Of a stretch of DNA of 64,000 nt, positions 35,595-46,255 are shown one piece after another (the stretch's first letter is position 1; each line of letters starts with the position of its first letter). The DNA is from Thermoproteota archaeon. Lineage in GTDB: Archaea; Asgardarchaeota; Njordarchaeia; Njordarchaeales; Panguiarchaeaceae. The stretch spans positions 287,408-351,407 of the forward strand of contig JANJXX010000001.1 of the NCBI GenBank assembly GCA_024720975.1, read 5' to 3'. A program made the position numbers and the translations under genes. The notes under the pieces are model-generated. The model was not told the DNA's origin, did no database searches, and saw only the letters and a program-made list of their open reading frames with translations.

Positions 35595-36560
35595 ATGCAT
35601 CATGTTGGTTCAGACAAGACGCCAATAACTACAATTCGAGAGAAAGCGCTTTATCCGGTCGGTGAATATAAGGTTATATCAGCTGATGTTTTAATGCGAT
35701 TTCTTGACACTAAAGAAACCATCGAAGAGCACCTAGCGGGTTTGATTAAAGACATCCTAAAAGAAGCACTAGAACTTTTCTCGAGGATTCCTGCTAAAGA
35801 AGGATTAACGTTAAATATACCAATGGGGCATCGATATACTAGGTTTATATACGTAGTCGACCCGCAAACGATTTACATACCTTATCACTACCACGATCCA
35901 ACCATCTATGGAATATATCTTAGAGAAAAGAACACCTACGATGATGCAGAGGCGTTTTTAAGGCTTGCATGGAATCTATTACAGGATGATAGATTTCTTG
36001 ACAGATTAAAGATTTCAGAAGTTGATCGAAGCTACATAAAAATCTTTACGAAACACCCAGTTCTAGGTCTAAGCACTCTTATAGTGCTATATATCGAGGC
36101 TTTATACCTCCATGCACTCGCACATCATGTCGTTGAGGATGTATCAACTTTATTCGAGTTCAATAATCTAGGCGAATATTCAATTATCAAAGATTCAAAA
36201 GAAGAAGAAGCATTTTGTGAGTTTGTTATGTACAATTCGATGCATGGTGCACTTGAGCCTAATATTGCATACAAGCTCTTATGCAAAATGCGCGATATTA
36301 TGATAATACCTCCTATTGCGCTGGATGATGCAATGCGCTTTCTCAGGTCACACCGACGCGCTTTTGTAGCTGCCCTCTATATACATAAAAACAAAACTGT
36401 CTACAAGGACTATCCATTCCTAAAACCAGCCGTAAGCGAAGAGATAGCTAAAAAGATATCTCCTTTATTTAGAAGTTTATGGTATGCTCACGTGCTTGAT
36501 CATGAACCTCTAGAAATTGATGAAAGTGTAAGCAAACGAGTCTTTACAATAAATTTATAA
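35595..36560 (+). CDS. Hypothetical protein with a zincin-like HxxxH motif
   Basis: YLHALAHHVVE followed by EEEAFCEF, which is zincin-like but with Ala at the catalytic Glu position. Confidence 0.5.
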   Translation: MHHVGSDKTPITTIREKALYPVGEYKVISADVLMRFLDTKETIEEHLAGLIKDILKEALELFSRIPAKEGLTLNIPMGHRYTRFIYVVDPQTIYIPYHYHDPTIYGIYLREKNTYDDAEAFLRLAWNLLQDDRFLDRLKISEVDRSYIKIFTKHPVLGLSTLIVLYIEALYLHALAHHVVEDVSTLFEFNNLGEYSIIKDSKEEEAFCEFVMYNSMHGALEPNIAYKLLCKMRDIMIIPPIALDDAMRFLRSHRRAFVAALYIHKNKTVYKDYPFLKPAVSEEIAKKISPLFRSLWYAHVLDHEPLEIDESVSKRVFTINL

Positions 36561-36601
36561 ATCTAGCTAGTGCATTCATTTTTTATCGTATTTCTAAGAA
36601 A

Positions 36602-37660
36602 CTACTCCTGGGTACTGGTCTCTTCTTCTAAATCTTCCTCAGCATCTCTAATGCCATCATAAGCTATTCTAAACACGACTTCGGATTCTGGAAGGTATGG
36701 ACTATCTTCTACGCGTGCGATTCTTTTATCACCTTTAGCTTTACGTAGGTGCAGCCTATGAGTTACATGATGTGCTACTATATGTCCCCCAATAGCTGAC
36801 ATTTGCGGACCAAAGAAAGCACCAGGATTTGCCATAACTTGATTTGTTACTACAACAGCTAAATTAAATGCCCAGGCTAGTCTAGCTAAATCGTGTATAT
36901 GAACATTAAGTTGCTGCTGACGGATGGCTAGTTGGTCTATTCCTACGTATTCGGATCTAAAAAGTGCGGTAAGGCTATCTACGATTATTAGCCTTATGTT
37001 TTCCTTCTTTATCAACTTGCGAGCAATTTTGGCAACCTCCATTTGCTGGCTAGTGGAGAATACTCTGGCTACTATTATTCTACTCAAAGCATCATCTGGA
37101 TCAAGACCAAATCTCTGTGCTATGGGTATTATTCTTTCTGGCCTGAAGGTTCCTTCTGTGTCTATAAAGAGACACTTACCGTTGAGACCCCCCTTCTCCT
37201 CCGGCAGCTGCACAGTGGTTGCAAGTGTAAAGCAAATCTGTGTTTTTCCAACTCTATACTCCCCGTAAAATTCAGTTATTGCTTGTGTTTCTATACCTCC
37301 TCCCAGTAAATCATCAAGGGCTTTTGAACCTGTCGTTAACCTCTTGACATTCTTTCTGATTTGGAGCATGTCTCGAGCACTGATAAAGTCAAGCCCAACG
37401 TGTTCTCTTGCTTGTTGTACGATTTTTTCTGCCAATGCTGGCGATAACTGACACTCTACTTCGAGAATCTTCGGTGGGGTAACTGCAATTATTTCAAGAT
37501 TAGTGTATCCTTGAGAAATGAGTTTTTGAGCTGTAGCTTTTCCCACACCCGCGAGAGATGTCAATATTTTCATTGCATCATCTTGCTGTTCTGGTGTTTG
37601 TTCTTTGGGGCTACTTTCTACTGGCTCCGTTTTCCTTTTCTGAGATCCTCTAGAGGACAT
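36602..37660 (-). CDS. radA: DNA repair and recombination protein RadA
   Basis: HhH N-domain, GEYRVGKTQ, IDTEGTFRPER, IVDSL and TNQV motifs. Confidence 0.97.
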   Translation of the reverse strand: MSSRGSQKRKTEPVESSPKEQTPEQQDDAMKILTSLAGVGKATAQKLISQGYTNLEIIAVTPPKILEVECQLSPALAEKIVQQAREHVGLDFISARDMLQIRKNVKRLTTGSKALDDLLGGGIETQAITEFYGEYRVGKTQICFTLATTVQLPEEKGGLNGKCLFIDTEGTFRPERIIPIAQRFGLDPDDALSRIIVARVFSTSQQMEVAKIARKLIKKENIRLIIVDSLTALFRSEYVGIDQLAIRQQQLNVHIHDLARLAWAFNLAVVVTNQVMANPGAFFGPQMSAIGGHIVAHHVTHRLHLRKAKGDKRIARVEDSPYLPESEVVFRIAYDGIRDAEEDLEEETSTQE

Positions 37661-37948
37661 ATTTTTCGCCTATGTTTTATGTTTACTGGTGTCGCTTCAC
37701 ACTCTAGCACTTAATAGACCAAGCAATAATAAATACAACTTTCAGATATTAAAGTTGAACATTATAATTTGACGCAATGTAGCTTGTCTACCAATCGTGA
37801 TAACTTAAGTGGATTACACATGCTTATGCAACACTACACAGAATTCTTGGTAGCTGTATTGGCTATATCACTCCAAATATATTTTTGTGGAGCTTTTTTT
37901 AACGGATTTCACTAAAAAATAAGAAATAAAGAACGAAAATCAGAACCT

Positions 37949-38647
37949 TTAATCACTTATGTTCTTGAACCAATTTTTGATCCTGCTAACTTCTTCCTTG
38001 CTCACTTTTCCTTCTTCGTAGCAGAACCACCAATCATAGCATTTGAACTTTGTGGGCCTCTCCTGCGCTTCATTTACAGTCTTTGCTGGAGGCACGATTA
38101 TAGAGTCCTTGATTAGCTCATTACTAGGCCAGTTTGCTGGAAAGGCTCTTTTCAGTTCTGTGTTTAATTGAAGTATTCTTAATAGTCTTAATATCTCACT
38201 TATGTTCCTACCCGCCTCCTGTGGATAATATAAAACAGCTCTAACAATGCCCTCTGGATCAACTATTATCACTGCCCTAACTGTACTAGTAGCACTTTGT
38301 GCGTGGAGGAATCCCAGTTTCTTAGCAACCTCGCCATTTGGATCTGAGATTATTGGGAATGGTATTTCAACACGAAGTTTTTCCTTTATCCACTCGATCC
38401 ACTTTATGTGCGCAAATACAGCATCAACGCTATGCCCAAGTAGTTCCGCATTGAGTCTTCTGAATTCTTCAATTTTATTAGCGAACGCTACAAATTCCGT
38501 TGTACACACCGGTGTAAAATCAGCGGGGTGACTAAATAGTATCAACCATTTGCCACGATAGTCATCTGGTAGTTTCTTAGCTCCATGCGTAGTTTCCACG
38601 ACAATCTCGGGAAACTTCTCTCCGATTAAGGGAATTGTACCAGGCAT
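37949..38647 (-). CDS. Peroxiredoxin (archaeal Prx6-type)
   Basis: [21 protein letters not shown] and CYDWWFC motifs. Confidence 0.95.
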   Translation of the reverse strand: MPGTIPLIGEKFPEIVVETTHGAKKLPDDYRGKWLILFSHPADFTPVCTTEFVAFANKIEEFRRLNAELLGHSVDAVFAHIKWIEWIKEKLRVEIPFPIISDPNGEVAKKLGFLHAQSATSTVRAVIIVDPEGIVRAVLYYPQEAGRNISEILRLLRILQLNTELKRAFPANWPSNELIKDSIIVPPAKTVNEAQERPTKFKCYDWWFCYEEGKVSKEEVSRIKNWFKNISD

Positions 38648-38819
38648 ACGATCACCTCCGATAATACTGACATATTGATTATCTAACTATTCGATTTATA
38701 AATTTAACCAATATATTAAAAATCTGATTTTTTAGGTAAATATTTCGCCGATAATACTAAGAAAAGATAATTCTAGCTTGAAGGAATTGATAGATGTCTT
38801 ATGAAGAATACAGCAAATT

Positions 38820-39302
38820 TTAGAAGTACGCTTCATTTTTAATTACATCGGTTATCATAGCTGGATACACATTTATCACTCCTGGAATTTTCTTCATTTC
38901 CTCGTGAATATGCAAAAGCTCCTCTCCACTTCTAGCCCAAATTACTGCTATCAGATTATGATCCCCGGTTGTTACCGCTAAGTATTTTATATAATCCCTT
39001 TCTTTCAGGCTGTTAATAACATCAATTAGATTTTCAGGTCTAACATTTAGACCAGTGTAGCTTACCTTGGAATAGCCAATTTTTATAGGATCCACTATGG
39101 CTGTGTACCTTAGTATAACTCTATTCTCTTCTAATCTTCTTATCCTTTTTGAGATTGCTACGTCGCTCAAACCAACCTGACGCGCAATTTCAGAGCATGA
39201 TATTCTAGCATTTCTAATGAGGTCCTGAATAATCTTCTTATCTATCTCATCAATCATTTTCATCATCAAGCGTGATACTCTATGCAAATCAGTGAATTTC
39301 AC
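38820..39302 (-). CDS. Lrp/AsnC family transcriptional regulator
   Basis: IDEIDKKII..L..NAR...EIARQVGLS...RIRRLE HTH plus a RAM domain (TTGDHNL). Confidence 0.93.
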   Translation of the reverse strand: MKFTDLHRVSRLMMKMIDEIDKKIIQDLIRNARISCSEIARQVGLSDVAISKRIRRLEENRVILRYTAIVDPIKIGYSKVSYTGLNVRPENLIDVINSLKERDYIKYLAVTTGDHNLIAVIWARSGEELLHIHEEMKKIPGVINVYPAMITDVIKNEAYF

Positions 39303-39662
39303 TAACAGGATAGAATAAGGATTAGTACTAATTAAGCGAACTTTTTGTACAATTTACCAGTATAACAAAGATACAAAAATAGCAAATCCTAACTACATAG
39401 ACTTCAAAGAATTCCCAGCTTTTAAAGATTTAAATCGTTTTTTCAAATTTCTGAAGATCTTCAAGGAAGAAGCAAATCACATATCAGATATAAATCACAT
39501 CGAGAGACTGCCCGAAGTGCTTGGAGCTCTTTATTCTTAGGCCTTTCTCTCTGTAGTTAGAATTTTTAAAGCTATAAAAGAAACGCTAGAATCGCAAGAA
39601 GTCTTTATCTTTGAACCGAAAATAACTAGTACGACGATTCATCATTAGACCGCCTGTTATTA

Positions 39663-40079
39663 CTAGATGATCTGTGTTGCTATTTTTGCCACGTTAGGAA
39701 AACGCGTAGCGGCTTCTTTAGCTATCGGTCCCTTTACTATCGTTCCTTTTGGATTGCCTTCCTCATCTATGATAACAGCAGCATTGTCTTCAAATGCAAT
39801 CCATGTTCCATCTTTTCTTCGGTATGGCTTTTTCTGTCTGATTATAACGGCACGAAACATCTGATGTCTTACTTCTTCGGTCCCAGTTTTTACGACAATT
39901 ATAACAATGTCTCCAACTCCTGCTTTGGGTAGCCTCCTTTTCCTACCTTTATATCCAAGAACCGAAATTACTTGAGCCGTTTTCGCTCCGCTGTTATCGG
40001 CAACTTCTATCATAGTGTTTGTGATAATACCAGCTGATGTTTTTATCCTAGGCATTTTTACAGCTTTTCTTTTCGGCAA
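39663..40079 (-). CDS. rpl14p: 50S ribosomal protein uL14
   Basis: ADNSGAK, AGVGD, FEDNAAV and GPIAKE motifs. Confidence 0.97.
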   Translation of the reverse strand: MPKRKAVKMPRIKTSAGIITNTMIEVADNSGAKTAQVISVLGYKGRKRRLPKAGVGDIVIIVVKTGTEEVRHQMFRAVIIRQKKPYRRKDGTWIAFEDNAAVIIDEEGNPKGTIVKGPIAKEAATRFPNVAKIATQII

Positions 40080-40213
40080 AGTAAAACACCAACTTTACTC
40101 CTAGTGTTGTTTGATTTATTTAGTGTTGAACTGAAATTTTGTTAATTTATTAAGGATACAATTATTGTCTATACCTCAACGATGTCTTCTGTGGTTCTGA
40201 AGGATCATAAGTT

Positions 40214-43200
40214 GTGGTGATTTTATTGATACCAAAGAGACTTTCGCAGATAATGTTCGGAATACTATCTCCCGATGAGATAATATCGATGTCCGTTGCC
40301 TCAATAAATACTGCTGAACTGTACAGTATAGATGGTAAACCAATGCGCGGAGGACCTCTGGATCCTAGGCTGGGTCCTGCTACAAATGAATCATGTGAAA
40401 CGTGCGGCTTAAAGCGTCGGGACGGATTGTTTGGTTGTGTTGGGCATTTCGGTTATATAGACCTTGCAACACCTATATATCATCTTGCATTTGTTAAGTG
40501 GATTCAACTGGTTTTAAACGGCATTTGCGAAAGATGCGGGCGACTAACCTTACCTAGCGATGTTCGCGAACGTTTTTGGAAGCGAATGAAAAAATTCTTC
40601 GATCTCTATGGATATCCGCGAATAGAATTGGCTAAAAAGATTCTGACAAAGGCTGCGGAGTTAAAAGCCTGTCCCTACTGTGGACACCAGAAAAATTTTA
40701 CATTCAAGTTTGATAAGCAAATAATGACATTTGTAAAAATGACTGAGGTCACCGAGGACGAAGCAAAGACATTAGAGCCTAAGGGCGTCAAAATAACGAA
40801 GAAGATGAAAGGAGGAAAGATCCATTACTACTGTGAAAGAAGGTATGAACCAGATGAAATCCGCAGAATACTAGCGTCCATTTACAGTCAATATGAGCAT
40901 CTTAACACGCCTGATGCAGAAGAAAGACGCAAGGATCTAATTTTAATGGGATTTCATCCTAGTAGGAGCCGTCCTGAGTGGGCCATTTTGACAGTGCTTC
41001 CCGTACCACCAATAACTATACGACCTCCAGCAATACCATCCTCCGGAGAGCGCCAGGAGGACAAACTAACTTTAATTTTGCGAGATATCATTCGCGAGAA
41101 TAATAGAATAAAAGACAAGCTGGAAGGCGGTCCAAGGAAGATTTTAGAGCAGTACCTTATAAGAATACACCACCTAGTTGCAACATTATTCGGACTGCGA
41201 AAGTATACTAAGATACTCAAAGAGCCAAAGGGAATATTCCATAGGTTACACGGAAAAGAAGGCCTCTTTAGGAAATACCTTAGTGGCAAGCGAGTTGACT
41301 TTAGTGCACGCGCCGTAATCTCCCCGGACACCTACATATCGATAGATGAAGTGGGAATACCACAAAAAGTTGCTATGCGCTTCTTAGTGGCGGAGGTTGT
41401 AAATAGATATAATATCAATAGACTAAGAGAGCTTGTCAAACGCGGGCCATGGCGCTATCCTGGTGCTGTCTACATTTATAAAAGAGAAACCGATGGAACA
41501 TATACAAAGATCAGCCTTGAAAATATAAGTCCGGAAATGATTGAACGCCATGCAAATGACCTAGCCCCTGGAGACATCGTTGAGCGCCATTTAGTTGACG
41601 GCGATATTGTCGTTTTTAATAGACAGCCCACTTTGCATAGGATATCTATGATGGGGCACTATGTTAGAGTGCTACCTTACAACACCTTTCGAATACACGT
41701 TCAGACATGTACTCCCTACAACGCCGATTTCGATGGAGACGAAATGAATCTACACCTGGCACGCTCATATGAGACCCAGGCTGAAGTTTCTACGCTCATG
41801 GAGGTTAAAAAGCACATAATTTCTCCTAGATACGGCGGACCAATAATTGGACCAAAACATGACTATATAACCAGTGCTTTCTTAATGACTAAACCGGACA
41901 CATATCTCGAAAAAAGTGATGTGTTTCAATTACTATACGCTGCAGGAATAACAGAACCTATACCTCCATCTAAAGTTGAAAACGGAAAAGAACTTTGGGC
42001 CGGTAAGGACATTTTCTCTGCAATAATTCCACCTGGAATATTTTACAAAGGTAAAATCAAAGGCCGCGTCCTAGGGGTTGAAAAGGACCTTTTGATAGAA
42101 ATACGCGATGGAAAGATCGTACAGGGATTCATTGATAAAAACTCCATTGGTGCCGAAAAACCCGAGAACCTTATACAGAAAATCGTAGAAAGATATAATT
42201 TTGAGGAAGCCAAGAAGTTTCTCAATAACCTCTCAGCACTTTTGCTAAGATACATAACCGACAGAGGATTCAGTATAACACTGTGGGATATCAATGTTCC
42301 CGAAAGCGCTAGAAAAGAGATTAAAACTTTGCTCGATAAGTACATGAAAGAGGCAAACGATTTAGTAAACAAATACTTGGAAGGAAAGCTTGAACCTGAA
42401 CCCGGTTTAAGTCAAAGAGAAACACTTGAGGAGAAAATTATAAGATTATTTGAGGACGCTAGAGGCAAAGCTGGGGAGATTATCACTAAGCATATGCCAT
42501 CAGATAGCCAATTCATGATAATGACACTCACAGGCGCGCGCGGTGGCGATGTCAATATACAGCAGGTGCTTGCCACATTGGGTCCAATGCTCGTTAGAGG
42601 AAAGAGATTGCAAAGAGGATATAGCAACAGAACACTGTCAAGTTTCAAGAAAGGTGAAATAGGCCCCTTATCCGGAGGCATTGTCCTTAGAAGCTTCGTT
42701 GAAGGTCTTGATCCGATAGGATTCTTTTTCCACAACGCTGCTGGCCGAGATTCGCTAGTTGACACGGCAATAAGAACAGCTGACTCTGGTTACTTTTACA
42801 GAAGATTGGTTAATGCACTGCAAGACATTAGAATTGAATACGACCTAAGTGCTAGGACGATTGATGGAAAAATTATACAATTCAAATATGGCGGAGACGG
42901 AATCCACGTTGTAAAGTCCTATCATGGTAAATTAACAGATGTGGAAGCGCTGCTTGACGAGATAATACTGAAAAGAGAGAAAGACAAGAGAGAAATTGAA
43001 GTCTATAGCAGAGAGTGGCCGAGTTATTATAATAGCCTCATAGAAAACGTACATAAAAGAATATCTAAAGCTACTGCCAAAGATTTAGAAGATGCATTAA
43101 AGAACTTTCTCGACAAGGGAATAGTATTCTCTGAAGACGAGATTGAATACATTTTCAAGAGATTGTTAGATCGCTACATCAAGGCAATTGCTGATCCTGG

Positions 43201-44227
43201 AGAGCCTATAGGTATTGTTACAAGTCAGAGTTTAAGCGAACCAGCAACACAACTGACATTAAGAACTTTCCATTGGGCTGGCGCTGTTGCGATAACAAGG
43301 GGTCTACCGAGAATCAAAGAAATATTTGATGCTGTAAGAGTTATCAAACGACCAATAATAAGGGCGTACCTTGAAGCGGACTTCCGTGAAGATGAAAAAA
43401 AGGCATATTCAGTCTTAGCTAGGATTAAGGGTATAAGTCTGGAGGATGTCGCTACAGACATTATACTAGACGCTGAAGGCAGGAAAATCATTATAAGCTT
43501 AGATCCAGAGAAACTTAGCAAGCATGATGTTAGCATTGATGACATAGATAAAAAGCTCCGCGTAAATAAGAAAATAGAAGTCACCACAGATAAGGAGAAG
43601 AAACAAATCGTTATAGAATTACCTTCAGGGAAAGCACTAAGAGGGAGAGAGCCTTCACTTGGTGAACTGTACATGAAGTTACGATCATCATTGATCATCA
43701 AAGGTATTGCTGACTACACCGATGCCAAATTGACAAAGAAGAGTGGTTCCAAGGAATACTACTTAGTTATAGCATCACAGAACTTGTCTAACATATTGTG
43801 CCAAGATGGTATAGATCTATCGAGGCTTGAATGCAATAACATCCGCGAATTTGCAAAGATATATGGCATTGAAGCTGCAAGACTTCTTGCCATAAAAGAG
43901 ACTCTCGATGTTCTTGACTACTACGGTTTGGACGTAGATGTCCGTCATATCTCCATGGCTGTTGATGCTCAATTCTGGCCCGGTAAGCCAACGCCTATCG
44001 GACGCTATGGCTTAGTTCGTGCTAAACAGTCAGTACTTGCCCGCGCTTCATTCGAGGAGGTAAAGAAGCACATTATAGCTGCCGCTATAGCCGGTGAGAT
44101 AGACCCAGTAATTGGAGTAGCAGAGAGCGTAATAACAGGTCAGACTCTGCCAGTTGGAACTGGAGTTGTAAGAGTATTTTATGGATTTGGAGGCAAATCA
44201 GATAAAACGGAAGAAGAAAGCCACTAA
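40214..44227 (+). CDS. rpoA: DNA-directed RNA polymerase largest subunit, unsplit (A'+A'' fused)
   Basis: Zn site C.TC...C.GHFG, GKRVDFSAR, NADFDGD, bridge helix DTAIRTADSGY, then in the same frame EPATQLTLRTFH, RASFE and PVGTG. Confidence 0.97.
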   Translation: MVILLIPKRLSQIMFGILSPDEIISMSVASINTAELYSIDGKPMRGGPLDPRLGPATNESCETCGLKRRDGLFGCVGHFGYIDLATPIYHLAFVKWIQLVLNGICERCGRLTLPSDVRERFWKRMKKFFDLYGYPRIELAKKILTKAAELKACPYCGHQKNFTFKFDKQIMTFVKMTEVTEDEAKTLEPKGVKITKKMKGGKIHYYCERRYEPDEIRRILASIYSQYEHLNTPDAEERRKDLILMGFHPSRSRPEWAILTVLPVPPITIRPPAIPSSGERQEDKLTLILRDIIRENNRIKDKLEGGPRKILEQYLIRIHHLVATLFGLRKYTKILKEPKGIFHRLHGKEGLFRKYLSGKRVDFSARAVISPDTYISIDEVGIPQKVAMRFLVAEVVNRYNINRLRELVKRGPWRYPGAVYIYKRETDGTYTKISLENISPEMIERHANDLAPGDIVERHLVDGDIVVFNRQPTLHRISMMGHYVRVLPYNTFRIHVQTCTPYNADFDGDEMNLHLARSYETQAEVSTLMEVKKHIISPRYGGPIIGPKHDYITSAFLMTKPDTYLEKSDVFQLLYAAGITEPIPPSKVENGKELWAGKDIFSAIIPPGIFYKGKIKGRVLGVEKDLLIEIRDGKIVQGFIDKNSIGAEKPENLIQKIVERYNFEEAKKFLNNLSALLLRYITDRGFSITLWDINVPESARKEIKTLLDKYMKEANDLVNKYLEGKLEPEPGLSQRETLEEKIIRLFEDARGKAGEIITKHMPSDSQFMIMTLTGARGGDVNIQQVLATLGPMLVRGKRLQRGYSNRTLSSFKKGEIGPLSGGIVLRSFVEGLDPIGFFFHNAAGRDSLVDTAIRTADSGYFYRRLVNALQDIRIEYDLSARTIDGKIIQFKYGGDGIHVVKSYHGKLTDVEALLDEIILKREKDKREIEVYSREWPSYYNSLIENVHKRISKATAKDLEDALKNFLDKGIVFSEDEIEYIFKRLLDRYIKAIADPGEPIGIVTSQSLSEPATQLTLRTFHWAGAVAITRGLPRIKEIFDAVRVIKRPIIRAYLEADFREDEKKAYSVLARIKGISLEDVATDIILDAEGRKIIISLDPEKLSKHDVSIDDIDKKLRVNKKIEVTTDKEKKQIVIELPSGKALRGREPSLGELYMKLRSSLIIKGIADYTDAKLTKKSGSKEYYLVIASQNLSNILCQDGIDLSRLECNNIREFAKIYGIEAARLLAIKETLDVLDYYGLDVDVRHISMAVDAQFWPGKPTPIGRYGLVRAKQSVLARASFEEVKKHIIAAAIAGEIDPVIGVAESVITGQTLPVGTGVVRVFYGFGGKSDKTEEESH

Positions 44228-44231
44228 TATT

Positions 44232-45620
44232 CTAAAACTTAATTTTTTCAACCAAATACGAAGGGAGCAGTTTATTTATTCTCTGTGAATACTCTGTGCT
44301 GAAGTATTTGATGAACTCTGCCTGCGATTGCGTGGAACTCATAGGTATACCATCAGATATCCTCAAAAGTTCATATACTACCCCGAGTAAATTGGTCACG
44401 ATTCTTAAAAGTTTAGAGTCACTCAATAAACTCGTTGCAATCCTAATCATCTGTTCACCTGAGGCTATTTGCTCCAGGAACGAAGTTTTTAAGAGGAGCT
44501 TAGGAATCCACACGTAGGCATCTTCAAGTGTCGCACTCCTCATCATTAAGAGTATTACCCTGATTATGTCTAATATCTCAGAAAAGGGAAATATTACTTT
44601 TGCATTATAGTCATTGATCTTCGCAGATATCTCCTCCAGGGGAATTCCAGAGTCCATTAAATTAAGCACAGTTCTAGTAAGCTTTCGCACAATATCGTTG
44701 TTATGTACTATGCCCGAGAAAATCGTTGGATATATTCCTAAATTTGATGCACCTAAGAGGAATACAGACTCAGATGGCGACACTAAGAGAAGTGGCCTTC
44801 CTAAAATGATTCTCCTTGAATGTATGTTAACTATACGCCCAACAACACCAAAAGAGTTTTTTATTATATTTGCACTTTCTCTAGGTGTCTTGCTCGTAAG
44901 GTAAGTATTGTAGTATCCCGAGATCAAGATTTTATCATTTTCTAAGCTGAACAAGAAAGCAATTCCCCCCGGAACGGCGAACTCATTGAATACTACATGC
45001 AAAGCTTCCTTGTCTATGGGAATTCTAGTTGATTCTAGCAATGCTTGGTAAAATAAAAAGCTATTATGCCTAAAGAGTTCGTAGCCCTCCCTTTTCATTA
45101 CTTCCCTAGTGAGAAACCAATCAAAACCGGAGGAATCAATAATACTGTTGGCCTCAAAAACTTTCGAGCTTCTACCTGCAGCTAAAATTTTGATCGCCTT
45201 TTCCTCTGATTCTTTCTGGATCTTAATAGCCTGAGTCTGCTCGCGTATAAATTCTCCATCTATCAGGCGGGATAGTGCCCATCTGAGAAGTGACATATTC
45301 ACTATAGCAACTGGAATCTCGTATTCAAAAATCGTTCTCCCGTTATAGTCGTGCATTTGAATTAAATCGTAAAAGGCGATTTCTTCAAGTTTATCTATTC
45401 CGAGACTCCTTACCATTTCTTCAAAACTCGAGCCCGGAGAGATAACGTATAAAGATTCTAGCTTGGGATCGTAAGGATCCTTCTCTAGTAGCAGCATCTC
45501 TGAGTGTTCTAATTCGTCCTGCAACAACAAAGTGGCGGTCAATCCTGCTTGACCACCCCCAATTATAACTAACTTCAACAAGATCCCCACATAATAGTGC
45601 TTCAATGAGATGGATAGCAA
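44232..45620 (-). CDS. FAD-dependent oxidoreductase (geranylgeranyl-reductase-like, divergent)
   Basis: VIIGGGQAG Rossmann motif, LLEK, IIDSSG, PGG and VFLLGA. Confidence 0.65.
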   Translation of the reverse strand: MLSISLKHYYVGILLKLVIIGGGQAGLTATLLLQDELEHSEMLLLEKDPYDPKLESLYVISPGSSFEEMVRSLGIDKLEEIAFYDLIQMHDYNGRTIFEYEIPVAIVNMSLLRWALSRLIDGEFIREQTQAIKIQKESEEKAIKILAAGRSSKVFEANSIIDSSGFDWFLTREVMKREGYELFRHNSFLFYQALLESTRIPIDKEALHVVFNEFAVPGGIAFLFSLENDKILISGYYNTYLTSKTPRESANIIKNSFGVVGRIVNIHSRRIILGRPLLLVSPSESVFLLGASNLGIYPTIFSGIVHNNDIVRKLTRTVLNLMDSGIPLEEISAKINDYNAKVIFPFSEILDIIRVILLMMRSATLEDAYVWIPKLLLKTSFLEQIASGEQMIRIATSLLSDSKLLRIVTNLLGVVYELLRISDGIPMSSTQSQAEFIKYFSTEYSQRINKLLPSYLVEKIKF

Positions 45621-45657
45621 CTGAGGGATTATTGCAGGAATCTAGAGGAAATTCAAT

Positions 45658-46005
45658 TTATCCTGACTCTTCGGAGACCCGCTCTATTTTCTCGGTTTCT
45701 ACTGGACGTAAGTAGTACTTTGCACGAAGTTCCTCAAGCGTTATCCTCTCAAGAACTAATATCTGGTACATAAGCCTAATAACAGCGCCAGCTACTCTGT
45801 TTCTCATTTTCTTCGATCTAATATTGGTCAAGCGTTTGACAGTCTCCTTGTATGAATTAAAGCGAAACTGCCCGGCAAGCAGTGGATTTCCAGTTATTTG
45901 TTTAAGCTCCTCAGCCTTGTCCCATATGTTCTTTAGTAGATCAAAGTAGTTAGCCACCAAATATCGAGCTACATTTTTTACGAATCTCGGCTTAATACGC
46001 CCCAA
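45658..46005 (-). CDS. rps17e: 30S ribosomal protein eS17 with insertion
   Basis: MGRIKP..VK..A and SKKMRNRVAG. TTG 46005 follows GGGTG. Confidence 0.9.
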   Translation of the reverse strand: MGRIKPRFVKNVARYLVANYFDLLKNIWDKAEELKQITGNPLLAGQFRFNSYKETVKRLTNIRSKKMRNRVAGAVIRLMYQILVLERITLEELRAKYYLRPVETEKIERVSEESG

Positions 46006-46255
46006 GAATAACACCCAGTTTGTAGCTGCAGCTTATGTCTAAATCCATCCTCTTCTAACTTTAGTAATATTAAAAAAGGTTTTCTCATAAGACAGCTCTT
46101 TTAGGAAATGCTATTTTAACCTTTAAGAAGGATATTCTGGATATCAAAGCTTATGAATAAAAATTACCCTTGAAGTAAAATAACTGGAGAGCTTTGATTT
46201 ATCTTTATGGGATTGCGTATCATTATTGAGAAGGGAGACATAGAAGGAGAAAAAC

